Positions 45,853 through 55,091 of a stretch of 64,000 nucleotides of DNA are shown here, in pieces (position 1 is the first letter of the stretch; every line of letters begins with the position of its first letter). The notes under the pieces were generated by a model. The model ran no database searches, was not told where the DNA came from, and saw only the letters and a list, made by a program, of their open reading frames with translations. The DNA comes from Candidatus Nanopelagicales bacterium. GTDB taxonomy: Bacteria; Actinomycetota; Actinomycetes; S36-B12; GCA-2699445. A program made the position numbers and the translations under genes. The DNA lies in NCBI GenBank assembly GCA_030700225.1, contig JAUYJT010000056.1, forward strand, positions 663-64,662, given 5' to 3'.

Positions 45853-46947
45853 TTACATGAACACAGACCGCCGCTGGACCAGCAGCCGGTACAACTGCTG
45901 CTGGATCGTCTCGCGCACCTGATCGGTCAGGTTGAACACCAGCATCGGATCGTCATCTGCTCCCGCCGCGAAGGCCTCGGTGTGAATCGGCTCGCCGAAC
46001 ATGATGATCCACTTGCTGGGTAGCGGCACAAGCCCGAGCGGCCCGAGCCACGGGAAGGTCGGGGTGATCGGGAAGTACGGCAACCCGAGGAGACGGGCAA
46101 GAAGCCTGAAGTCCCCAATCATCGGGTAGATCTCCTCCGCGCCGACTATGGCCGTGGGGATGATCGGGACGCCCGCCTGGAGCGCAGCGGCCACGAATCC
46201 GCCCCTTCCGAACCGCTGCAGCTTGTAGCGCTCCGCGAACGGCTTGCCTACGCCCTTGAAGCCCTCTGGCCACACCCCCACCAGCTCGCCCTTGTTCAGC
46301 AGCCTTTCGGCATCGGGATTGCAGGCCAGGGTTGAGCCACTCTTGCGGGCCAGTTCACCCAGGACCGGCGTGCTGAAAATCAGGTCCGCGCCGAGCATCC
46401 GCAGCCTCCGGCGCGCCGGATGGTGATCCAACAAGGCGACCTGCGTCATTACCGAGTCCACGGCGATCGTGCCGGAATGGTTCGCGACCACGAGCGCGCC
46501 ACCTGTGTCCGGGATGTTCTCCAGGCCCCGCGTCTCGACTCGGAACCACTTTTCGTAAAGCGGGCGGAACGGCGCCATGAGCACGTGTTCCTGCAACTCC
46601 GGGTCGAATCCGAACTCGTCGATCTCGTAGTCGCCGGTGACTCGGCGGCGCAGGAAGGCCAGGGCAGACGCCACGCGTTCATCCCACTGGGGCGGCTCAT
46701 AGACATTGCCCGGCAGGGGCTGGAAATTCGATCCGTCGGCGATCGGGCCGCGACGCCTGCCACTGCTGTCGTTTCTGACTGTGCGGCGCCTGTTCTCGGT
46801 GCCCCGGCGCCGCTCAGCACCTGCTGGGGAGGATGACCCAGCCTGTCTGGACCCTGAGCCCGGCTCAGGCGCGACCGCGGCCGCCACGGGGCGCACTGGC
46901 TCCGGCGAGTCGTCGCCTCCGATCGCGATTATTCGAGCCTCAGGCAT
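45853..46947 (-). CDS. Lysophospholipid (1-acyl-sn-glycerol-3-phosphate-type) acyltransferase family protein
   Basis: Acyltransferase block VVANHSGTIAVD and VWPEGFKG, with a disordered Arg/Pro-rich N-terminus. Confidence 0.75.
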   Translation of the reverse strand: MPEARIIAIGGDDSPEPVRPVAAAVAPEPGSGSRQAGSSSPAGAERRRGTENRRRTVRNDSSGRRRGPIADGSNFQPLPGNVYEPPQWDERVASALAFLRRRVTGDYEIDEFGFDPELQEHVLMAPFRPLYEKWFRVETRGLENIPDTGGALVVANHSGTIAVDSVMTQVALLDHHPARRRLRMLGADLIFSTPVLGELARKSGSTLACNPDAERLLNKGELVGVWPEGFKGVGKPFAERYKLQRFGRGGFVAAALQAGVPIIPTAIVGAEEIYPMIGDFRLLARLLGLPYFPITPTFPWLGPLGLVPLPSKWIIMFGEPIHTEAFAAGADDDPMLVFNLTDQVRETIQQQLYRLLVQRRSVFM

Positions 46948-47974
46948 TCACGGCCCCCTTCCGCGTCAGCAGGTTTGTCAGTGACTGTTCAACCGACGCG
47001 ACTCGTTCCGGCTTCAGCACCCTGTTCAACCCGCGCCCTTCAACGAAGGACATGAACGCTTCCCTCGTCGTGTACTCAGGGACGAACTCCAGAACTTCAC
47101 GCATCCGCGTGGTGTCCACGCCCCTGCCGAACGTCAGGAACCGAACCTGTTCCGGCGAGAAGTCAGCCAGGCCGAGGCGGATCACCGCACGTCCCACTCC
47201 CCCAACGAGCAGCGGAGGCACCGGGAACGGGAGTCTGCCCGCCAGCCGGATCGCTTGGGACAGCGCGATGACGCCATCGCCCGCGATATTGAACAGCCCG
47301 GGATAGTCGTCGACCGCAGCATGGTGGATCGCCGCGAGCCCGTCGTCCTCGTGGATGAACTGCAGCCTGGCGTCGAATCCGGTCACTACCGGAACCAACG
47401 GCAGGGTGAAGTAGGCCGTCATGGGGGTTTGGACGATCGGTCCGATGAAATTCGCGAATCTGAGCGTCGTGGTCACGACGTCGGGCCGTCTGCGAGCGAA
47501 ACCGCGCACATATCCTTCGACCTCGACGGAGTCCTTCGCCCAGCCGGATTCTGGAGCGTGGCGCGGCTCAGTCCCCTCAGTGAACATGGCCGGGTCTTGG
47601 GAGCCGGCCCCGTAGACCGAGGAGGTCGACTTCACGACTAGGCGGCGGATCGAGGGCGACTTCTGGCACGCGGCCAGAAGCTGCATCGTCCCGATGACGT
47701 TGATCTCCTTCATCGCCATGCGACCACCGGCCTGGACCGGCGTGGCGATCACTCCCATGTGGACGACGGTGTCTACGTCCGCAGCGGCTATGACTTTCGA
47801 GATGATCGGGTTCCGGATGTCGGCGCGAGCGAACTCGGCCCTGCCTATGTCAGTTCTCGGAGGGACGACATCGACTCCAATGACCCGGTCAATCCGAGGA
47901 TCGTCGGTCAGCATTCGTGCCATCCGCCCGCCAAGATAGCGGGATACCCCCGTCACAAGAACTACCTGACCCAC
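46940..47974 (-). CDS. NAD-dependent epimerase/dehydratase (extended SDR) family protein
   Basis: N-terminal VLVTGVSRYLGG Rossmann motif. 344 aa. Confidence 0.8.
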   Translation of the reverse strand: MGQVVLVTGVSRYLGGRMARMLTDDPRIDRVIGVDVVPPRTDIGRAEFARADIRNPIISKVIAAADVDTVVHMGVIATPVQAGGRMAMKEINVIGTMQLLAACQKSPSIRRLVVKSTSSVYGAGSQDPAMFTEGTEPRHAPESGWAKDSVEVEGYVRGFARRRPDVVTTTLRFANFIGPIVQTPMTAYFTLPLVPVVTGFDARLQFIHEDDGLAAIHHAAVDDYPGLFNIAGDGVIALSQAIRLAGRLPFPVPPLLVGGVGRAVIRLGLADFSPEQVRFLTFGRGVDTTRMREVLEFVPEYTTREAFMSFVEGRGLNRVLKPERVASVEQSLTNLLTRKGAVNA

Positions 47975-48020
47975 GCCTATCCCTTTCCCCGAAACCGGAA
48001 ACTGATCCCTGACCCGGCTA

Positions 48021-48116
48021 CTACTTGTTCCGACGCTGGACCCTAGTCCGCTTCAAGAGCTTGCGGTGCTTCTTCTTCGCCATCCGCTTGCGACGCTTCT
48101 TGACAACGGACCCCAT
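48021..48116 (-). CDS. 30S ribosomal protein bS22 (actinobacterial 31-aa basic peptide)
   Basis: Not in the ORF track because it is under 60 aa. The minus strand translates to [31 protein letters not shown]-stop, matching the conserved bS22 sequence known from mycobacteria. Confidence 0.85.
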   Translation of the reverse strand: MGSVVKKRRKRMAKKKHRKLLKRTRVQRRNK

Positions 48117-48245
48117 GCATACCTCACTTGTTGCGCCGCATGACCTCAATGGGCGCCGCGGCAAGTCGAGCTGACGACCTAGCCTACTGCCACTGGGGCG
48201 TGTGTCCCACTCGGCGAGCCCGTGATCCCCGCCGTAGCAAAACCG

Positions 48246-50786
48246 TTACTCAGCGGAGATCGACTCCAACATCGGCAACAGCGCGGCCCTGCGCGCTGGC
48301 AAAGCCGCGGCAGCCACACCTATCAGCACGGTCAAGACCAAGATCACTACCAGCACGGAGACGGGCGCATCCAGGACGCTGATCCCTGACTCGGCCAGGG
48401 CGCGTTGCAGGATCACACCCGTGCCAACCCCCACCGCGATACCCAGGATGCCGCCTGTCACGGCCACCAGAATGGCCTCCCAGCGGATCATTCGGCGGAC
48501 CTGCCGCCGCGTGGATCCGACCGCTCGCAGCAGACCGATCTCCGCTGTGCGTTCCAGAACCGACAGCGCCAGCGTGTTCACGACTCCCAGTGCCGCGATG
48601 ATGACCGACAGTGCGAGCATCGCGTAGACCAGTAGCAGCAACTGATCCAGGGCAGCGGAGTTCTGTTCCTTGATCGCTGTTTGATCGAGAACCTGAACGA
48701 GCGGATTCGACTCCGCGACGCTTTCCAGGCCCGCTGTCACATCAGCCAGATTGGCCCCGGGCTGAATCGTGACAAGTAGGGTGCGGTCCTGCGCGGCGCC
48801 GCCGCCCGCACGGTACTCGTCCATGGGAATCACCAAGCCGGTCAGCAACGCGCTGGGCTCGTACACGCCTCCAAGCAGAAACTGCCGCTTTCCACCGCTG
48901 GGGAGCGTGACCTCGACTGTCTGGTTCAGGCTCCAGCCCATTTCGCCAGCAAGGTCCTTGCTAACGACCGCCACTCCTGGGGAGAGCTCGAACTTGCCTT
49001 CCACTCCGGATACGGCGTGCGCGGCCTCGAGCGGACCGCCGCCGACCGCGGTGACAGTCAGCTCTGACCCGTCCGCCAAGGCTGGCCCGGTCGATTCGCT
49101 CATCACATACTTGACCCCAGGCACGTCCCGGGCCCGCTCCGCGATGGACAAGTCGAAGGGCTGCATCGTCTGCGTTCCGATCATCAGATCCCCACTGAAC
49201 GACTCGTCCACGAGCTTCGAGATGGAAGCCTTGGCCGAAGCGGTCACGATCGTGACGCACACGACCAGTGCCAGACCGATGGTCAGAGCGCTGACGGTGG
49301 CCGCGAGCCGCCGGGGTGAGCGAGCCGCATTCCGCCCGGCCAGACGGCCAGTGACCCTTCCGAAAGCATCCATGACAGGCATCAGGGCCCGGATCAACAT
49401 CACGCCGATCCACGGTGACATAAGCACTGCGGCTATGAGCAACGCGCAGGCCCCAAGTGAAGCCGCCAGAGCCCTGCTGCCGGGATCATCACTTCGCAGG
49501 CCAACAACGACAAGCGCCACCGCCGCAGCCAGCGCGAACGCCCCAGCCGCGATCCTGCCCCCACCGACACGGTCACGGGCGCCAGCTGCCTCCCTGAGGG
49601 CGGCGACTGGAGGCACCCGCGCCGCCCGGATCGCCGGAAGCAGCGCGGCTGACACCGTCACCAGCACGCCGACCACGGTCGCCCACCAAACCGCCTGGCC
49701 CGTAATGGCCACACCGGATGTCAGGCTCAGACCCATGCTGGCGAACAATCCCGTGAGTCCCAGCGCCAGCAAGTACCCAACGCCGATGCCGATCAGGACT
49801 GACCACACGGCCACGAACAGCGCCTCGATCAGCACCGACGCCAGCACTTGCCTGCGGGTCATCCCTATCGAACGCAGCAGGGCCAATTCCCGCTCGCGCT
49901 GGGCCACGAGCATCGAGAAAGTGTTGTGAATCAGGAACGCCGCCACCAGCAGCGACACCGCGGCGAAGCCGATCATGAAGTAGCTGAAGAACGCCAGACC
50001 TTCTCGCAATGCGCTGCTCTGCTCGTCGACCTGCTGAGCCCGAGACTTGACCACCACGTCGCCGCCAAGCGTCCCCCCGATCGCTTCAGCGACCTCATCG
50101 TCGCTGTAGCCGTCGGCCACAGCTACATCTATCGCGGTCCACTTGCCTGGCTCGGCCAGCAGCTTCTGCGCCTGCTCGGGAGTGAAGGCCGTGAGCGTGG
50201 CTCCGGCCAAACCGCCGCTCTCGCCGAACTTGAAGCTCCCAACCAGGGTCGCGTTCACGCGGCCAGCCGGTGTGACTACTGGGACCCGATCGCCGAGCTT
50301 GACTCCCAGCTTCGGGAAGGTTGTCTCGTCGACGACGATCTCGTTGTCGGCAGCTGGTGCCCTGCCGTCCACGATCCTGACCAGGCTGAGCTGACTGTCG
50401 TCCTCCCAGCTGACACCCAAGGCCGGCGGGCCCATGGCGCCCACGACCTTGCGATCTCTGTCGATCAGGTACACCCCGAATCTGCTGACGGTCCCTGCTG
50501 CTGCCTCCACGCCTTCGACCTGGCGGACCCGAACCACCGACTCGTCGGGTATTAGCAGGGGAGCGGAGTCGCCAACATGTGTCAGCACGTCTTGTGAGAC
50601 CGCTGGGGAGCGTGTCACCTGCACGTCCTGAGCGCTGCCCTCAACCATCTCGACGAACGTCCTGTCCAGCGCCGATGTCAGCATCAGCGTTCCGGTGACG
50701 AAAGCCACGCCGAGAACGATCGCCAACGCGCTCAGCAGCAAGCGCCCCTTGTGCGCCAACGCCGTACGCCAAGTAGCCCGGAACAT
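48246..50786 (-). CDS. FtsX/MacB-type ABC transporter permease (fused double module, 846 aa)
   Basis: Two FtsX-like 4-TM modules, each preceded by a large extracytoplasmic domain. No cognate ATPase gene is adjacent. Confidence 0.8.
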   Translation of the reverse strand: MFRATWRTALAHKGRLLLSALAIVLGVAFVTGTLMLTSALDRTFVEMVEGSAQDVQVTRSPAVSQDVLTHVGDSAPLLIPDESVVRVRQVEGVEAAAGTVSRFGVYLIDRDRKVVGAMGPPALGVSWEDDSQLSLVRIVDGRAPAADNEIVVDETTFPKLGVKLGDRVPVVTPAGRVNATLVGSFKFGESGGLAGATLTAFTPEQAQKLLAEPGKWTAIDVAVADGYSDDEVAEAIGGTLGGDVVVKSRAQQVDEQSSALREGLAFFSYFMIGFAAVSLLVAAFLIHNTFSMLVAQRERELALLRSIGMTRRQVLASVLIEALFVAVWSVLIGIGVGYLLALGLTGLFASMGLSLTSGVAITGQAVWWATVVGVLVTVSAALLPAIRAARVPPVAALREAAGARDRVGGGRIAAGAFALAAAVALVVVGLRSDDPGSRALAASLGACALLIAAVLMSPWIGVMLIRALMPVMDAFGRVTGRLAGRNAARSPRRLAATVSALTIGLALVVCVTIVTASAKASISKLVDESFSGDLMIGTQTMQPFDLSIAERARDVPGVKYVMSESTGPALADGSELTVTAVGGGPLEAAHAVSGVEGKFELSPGVAVVSKDLAGEMGWSLNQTVEVTLPSGGKRQFLLGGVYEPSALLTGLVIPMDEYRAGGGAAQDRTLLVTIQPGANLADVTAGLESVAESNPLVQVLDQTAIKEQNSAALDQLLLLVYAMLALSVIIAALGVVNTLALSVLERTAEIGLLRAVGSTRRQVRRMIRWEAILVAVTGGILGIAVGVGTGVILQRALAESGISVLDAPVSVLVVILVLTVLIGVAAAALPARRAALLPMLESISAE

Positions 50787-50788
50787 GA

Positions 50789-51985
50789 TCAGAACCCTTG
50801 CCAGCCGTCGACGGGAAGCCCGTGATACGGAAAGACGGCCCGCCGGGTCGCCGCGATCGCCGCGTCGACCGGGTCATCCGGGTCATATCCCAAATCCCAC
50901 AGCTTCGGCCACGGTTCGAAACCATCGGTCATGAGCGCGGGCGGTTCCCGCCCAAGTAACTCATCGCAGTAGGAGCGGAATCCATCTGGGACTGGCGTTT
51001 GCGGGTCGATCGGCCTGCCGATCGCCTCGGCCATCAGGTGCGTCCACGCACGAGGGACCACGTCAACCCACTCGTAGCCTCCACCTCCGAGGGCGAGCCA
51101 ATTCCCGCCAGCGAACCGGTGAGCCCAGTTGTGCGCTGCCACCGCGCCCAGGCGCTCGCCGTCGATCGAAACGGTGAGGTTTCCCAGCGGGTCCTCGAAG
51201 TGCGTATCGCACCCGTGCTGGGATACCAGGAACTGCGGCTTGAACTCGCGAAGCAGCGAAGGAGCCACAGCGTGCAATCCCCGCAACCATCCCTGGTCCC
51301 CTGTCCCAGCGGGCAGGGCGATATTCACCGCCGAGCCGAGCGCGCGCGGACCGCCGATCTCAGTTGGCCACCCTGTGCCGGGGAACTGGGTAGACGGGCT
51401 CTCGTGGATCGAAATCGTCAACACGCGGGGGTCATCCCAGAAAGCGACCTGAACCCCGTCTCCGTGATGAACGTCGACATCCAGGTACGCGATTCGCTGC
51501 AGGCCTTGGTCCAAGAGCCAGCGGATCGCGACCGCGGCGTCGTTGTACACGCAGAACCCCGACACGCGATCCGGCATCGCGTGGTGCAGCCCACCTGAGA
51601 TGTTGACCGCGTGCCCGGCCCGTCCGGACAGGACCGCCTCGGCGCCGACGACGCTGGCTCCGCAAATCCTGGCGGCCGCGCTGTGCATGTCCGGGAACAC
51701 CGGGTTGTCCGGCGTCCCGAGGCCGAAGCTCGGGGCCTCGAAGTCCGGGTCAGAGGAAGCGGCCTTCACCGCCTCCAGCAAGGCCGGGCGATGCACTGTG
51801 AGCAGGGTCGCGTCGCCTGACACGGGGATCTCGGACACCACTGAGACGTTGGAATGGTCCAGCAGTCCGAACTCCTCGACCAAGCGCATCGTCAACTGCT
51901 GGCGGATCGGGCTGAACGGGTGGCCGGGGCCGAAGTCGTACTTCTGCAGCGACTCGTGCCACACCACGGCCACCGAGTCGCTCAC
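50789..51985 (-). CDS. acuC: Histone deacetylase family protein (acetoin utilisation AcuC-like)
   Basis: DVDVHHGDGVQ active-site motif. GTG 51985 is preceded by GGGAGG; the long upstream ORF extension was rejected. Confidence 0.85.
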   Translation of the reverse strand: MSDSVAVVWHESLQKYDFGPGHPFSPIRQQLTMRLVEEFGLLDHSNVSVVSEIPVSGDATLLTVHRPALLEAVKAASSDPDFEAPSFGLGTPDNPVFPDMHSAAARICGASVVGAEAVLSGRAGHAVNISGGLHHAMPDRVSGFCVYNDAAVAIRWLLDQGLQRIAYLDVDVHHGDGVQVAFWDDPRVLTISIHESPSTQFPGTGWPTEIGGPRALGSAVNIALPAGTGDQGWLRGLHAVAPSLLREFKPQFLVSQHGCDTHFEDPLGNLTVSIDGERLGAVAAHNWAHRFAGGNWLALGGGGYEWVDVVPRAWTHLMAEAIGRPIDPQTPVPDGFRSYCDELLGREPPALMTDGFEPWPKLWDLGYDPDDPVDAAIAATRRAVFPYHGLPVDGWQGF

Positions 51986-52070
51986 CGAACCTCCCTGATC
52001 AACGACACCATCTGTAGCGCCCCGATGATCTCGCGCCGGTTCGACACGACTACCGGGGAGGGCGCGAGCT

Positions 52071-52868
52071 TCAGGAGCCCAGTTCCTTCGACCGATCCCG
52101 CGCCGCCTCCATCGCGGCCAGGAACGCCGCTCTGACGCTGTGCTTCTCCAGCTCGCGCAGGGCCGCGGCCGTGGTCCCGGCGGGCGATGTGACTTGCTCG
52201 CGCAGGACAGTGGGGTGCTCGCCAGTGTCACGCAGCATCTTCGCGGCACCGAAAGTCGTTTGGACGGCCAGCTCCGTCGCGGTTGAGCGCGGCAGACCCA
52301 GGTGGACGCCAGCTTCGATCATTGACTCCACAACGAAGAACACGTAGGCCGGACCGCTGCCAGAAACGGCCGTGACCGCATCCTGCTGATGCTCGGGCAC
52401 CCGGATGACTCGGCCAACCGCCGAAAGCAGCGCCTCGGCTTCGGCCAGGTGCTCCTCATCGCAGGAGCAGCCAGGCGATATAGCGGCCATGCCTTCGTCG
52501 ACTAACGCTGGCGTGTTGGGCATGACACGCACGACGGCTGTGCCCGCCGGTATGTGGCTTTCGATGAACGGCGTGGTGATCCCGGCCGCCAGGGAGATGA
52601 TCAGGGTGTCGGGCTTGATGTGTCCGGCGATTTCGGCAAGCAGGCTGGACATGTCCTGAGGCTTTACGATCAAGACCAATGTCTGAGCCGAGCTGGCAGC
52701 CGTGACGCTGTCCACGACCTCGACTCCGTAGCGTTCGCTCAATTGAACCGCGCGCTCGGGACGGCGTTCGCTGATCAGCACGTCTTGCGCGTGGCGCCCC
52801 GCCCGCAACAGCCCAGACAACAGCGTCTCGCCCATCACGCCGCCGCCAAGCAGCGCAACCTTCGCCAT
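52071..52868 (-). CDS. proC: Pyrroline-5-carboxylate reductase
   Basis: VALLGGGVMGETL Rossmann motif and a P5CR C-terminal dimerisation region (VTSPAGTTAAAL). Confidence 0.9.
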   Translation of the reverse strand: MAKVALLGGGVMGETLLSGLLRAGRHAQDVLISERRPERAVQLSERYGVEVVDSVTAASSAQTLVLIVKPQDMSSLLAEIAGHIKPDTLIISLAAGITTPFIESHIPAGTAVVRVMPNTPALVDEGMAAISPGCSCDEEHLAEAEALLSAVGRVIRVPEHQQDAVTAVSGSGPAYVFFVVESMIEAGVHLGLPRSTATELAVQTTFGAAKMLRDTGEHPTVLREQVTSPAGTTAAALRELEKHSVRAAFLAAMEAARDRSKELGS

Positions 52869-52897
52869 CGGAACCTCCCCTCAGTCAACGCGCGGAA

Positions 52898-53824
52898 CTA
52901 CTTCTTCGATGACAGCGACTTGACCAGCAGCGCCAGGTTCGCCGGCTTCTCAGCCATTCGCCGAACCATGTACTCGTACCAGTCAGGGCCGAACGGCACG
53001 TACACGCTAACGCGTTCGCCTTGATCCGCGAGCCGCTGCTGCTCCTCCGGGCGCACGCCGAGGAGCATCTGGAATTCGTAGGAGCCTCGCGGCCTGTCAT
53101 TGTGGATGGCAAGAGCCTGGGCAATGTCAACCAGTCTGGGGTCATGCGTGGCCACCATCGGGTACCCGGTGCCCTCCATCAGTATCCTCAAGCACCGAAC
53201 GTAGGCCAGATCTATTTCGTGCGGAGCCTGGTACGCGACCGACTCCGGCTCCCGGTAGGCACCCTTGCACAGTCGTACGCGAGATCCCTCGCCGGAAAGC
53301 TCACGGCAGTCGGCCTCGGTCCTGTACAGGCAGGCCTGCAACACGACGCCGATACCGGGGTAGTCCTTCCTCAGCTCCCGGACAGTGGCTAGGACCGTGT
53401 CGGTCGTCGTGTGGTCCTCCATGTCCAGGGTCAACGTGGTTCCGGCCTCGTCCGCCGCTTCGGCGATCTGGCGCGCGTGCCCCAGAGCGATCTTCTCCCC
53501 GTCCGGCAGGGCCAATCCGATCGAGGACAACTTCAGTGAGACTTCAGCCTCGTCGGCCAGGCCATTCGCGGCCAGCGACTCCAGTAGCTCCAGATACTCG
53601 TCGCGAGTCTCCTGGGCCTGGGACAGCTCGACGATGTCCTCGCCCAGCCGGTCGATCGCCGAGTACCGTCCGCTGGCAGCCAGGTCGGCGGCTACGCCGA
53701 TCGCGTCTGGGATCTGCTCTCCGGCCACGAAGCGGTTGACGATCTGTCGCGTTCCAGGCATCGCGACAGACAAACCCCGGATCCTGTCGCTGCGCGACAC
53801 TGCCAGCAACGTTCGGCTCAGCAC
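52898..53824 (-). CDS. Proline dehydrogenase
   Basis: PRODH TIM-barrel sequence (RVRLCKGAY, VATHDPRL). GTG 53824 is preceded by GAGGAGG. Confidence 0.85.
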   Translation of the reverse strand: MLSRTLLAVSRSDRIRGLSVAMPGTRQIVNRFVAGEQIPDAIGVAADLAASGRYSAIDRLGEDIVELSQAQETRDEYLELLESLAANGLADEAEVSLKLSSIGLALPDGEKIALGHARQIAEAADEAGTTLTLDMEDHTTTDTVLATVRELRKDYPGIGVVLQACLYRTEADCRELSGEGSRVRLCKGAYREPESVAYQAPHEIDLAYVRCLRILMEGTGYPMVATHDPRLVDIAQALAIHNDRPRGSYEFQMLLGVRPEEQQRLADQGERVSVYVPFGPDWYEYMVRRMAEKPANLALLVKSLSSKK

Positions 53825-54105
53825 TGGCCCTCCTCGGTGTGCCCGACCCGCATCGGCAACCCGCACCGCGGCCCGGCGTTCGTCCCTTCGCAGGCTAGTC
53901 CGTGACACTGCCCCTGTCGCGGAATGTGGCGACACCGCAGCGCGCCCGCGCCCGCACCAGAATCCCACAGGTTCATCGGATCTTCACAGATTCGCCACTC
54001 GGCGTGCGGCGCGGGGCCACAACGATGGACGTGCCGGTCGGCGTCGGCGCCGAAGGTACTGGCACCGCAGCGGCGGGGTTGCCCGCACGACTTGAGGAGA
54101 ACAGC

Positions 54106-54375
54106 ATGGGAAGACGCAACATCGGCCTGGCGGCTGTGGCAGCCGGAATCGCGTTTCTAGTCGCACTCGCGCTTGGCGTGCCCGCAGCCAGCATCGCTTC
54201 GTTCGGCGTGTTCCTCATCTGCCCTCTTATGATGATCTTCATGATGCGCGGTATGCATGGCTCGCACGGCTCAGGACATGGCGGCGGAGGTCACAGCTGC
54301 TGCGCGGGAGACTCATCCTCGACGCCGCAAGGCAGCCAGACGTCAAGGCCGCACGATCAGGCAACACCCCACTAG
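54106..54375 (+). CDS. Small His/Met/Cys-rich membrane protein (DUF2933-like)
   Basis: 89 aa with one or two TM helices, then CPLMMIFMMRGMHGSHGSGHGGGGHSCC. GAGGAGA lies upstream of the ATG. Confidence 0.6.
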   Translation: MGRRNIGLAAVAAGIAFLVALALGVPAASIASFGVFLICPLMMIFMMRGMHGSHGSGHGGGGHSCCAGDSSSTPQGSQTSRPHDQATPH

Positions 54376-54401
54376 CCCATCGCGAGCCAAGGAGGCCGAA
54401 A

Positions 54402-55091
54402 GTGGCAATTCTGAGGCAAACTGGCGACATCGCAAGTCCAAGCCCGGCCTCCGACCCAGACGTCGTCCTCGAAGCCGTCGGCATCGCGAAGTCGTACAGG
54501 AGCGGTATCTGGCCGTTCCGGGCAACCAAGAGCGTGCTCCGGGGCGTGGATCTGACTCTCTACGGCGGAGAGGTAGTCGGACTCGTCGGTGAGAATGGCG
54601 CGGGCAAGTCCACGTTGATGAACATCCTCGTGGGCGCGCAGAACGCCGATGACGGCACTGTGGAGCACGCGGGAGCGCTGGGCTTCTGCCCGCAGCAGCC
54701 CCTTGTGTACGCACGACTCACGTGCGATGAGCACTTCGAGCTGTTCGGCCGCGCGTACCGCATGACCCCGGCCGCTGAGCGTGTAGCTCGGCGGAACCTG
54801 TACGCATCCCTCGGCTTCGCCCAGTACGCCACAACGCGCGCGGATCAGCTCTCCGGCGGAACGCTGGCCAAGCTCAACCTCAGCCTGGCGCTACTCGCCG
54901 ACCCAGGTCTGCTTCTTCTGGACGAGCCATACGCGGGGTTCGACTGGGACACGTATCAGAAGTTCTGGACCCTGGTTGCCGAGCGGCGCACGTTGGGTCG
55001 CACTGTGCTGATCATTAGCCACTTCGTGACCGATGAGCAGCGTTTCGACAGGATCTTCGACATTCGCGACGGGCAGGCAGTCCAGCGATGA
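54402..55091 (+). CDS. ABC transporter ATP-binding protein
   Basis: Walker A GENGAGKST, signature LSGGTLAKL, Walker B LLLLDEP. Confidence 0.85.
   Translation: MAILRQTGDIASPSPASDPDVVLEAVGIAKSYRSGIWPFRATKSVLRGVDLTLYGGEVVGLVGENGAGKSTLMNILVGAQNADDGTVEHAGALGFCPQQPLVYARLTCDEHFELFGRAYRMTPAAERVARRNLYASLGFAQYATTRADQLSGGTLAKLNLSLALLADPGLLLLDEPYAGFDWDTYQKFWTLVAERRTLGRTVLIISHFVTDEQRFDRIFDIRDGQAVQR

Noticed and set aside
48769-49929. 386-aa + strand ORF
   Set aside because: It is antisense to the FtsX permease, with Ser/Thr/Ala/Pro-rich low-complexity composition.
51986-52249. Upstream extension of the AcuC ORF (486-aa version)
   Set aside because: The extension overlaps the proC 3-prime end and is Arg/Pro/Ser-rich. 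A GTG with a GGGAGG RBS at 51985 gives a canonical deacetylase N-terminus.
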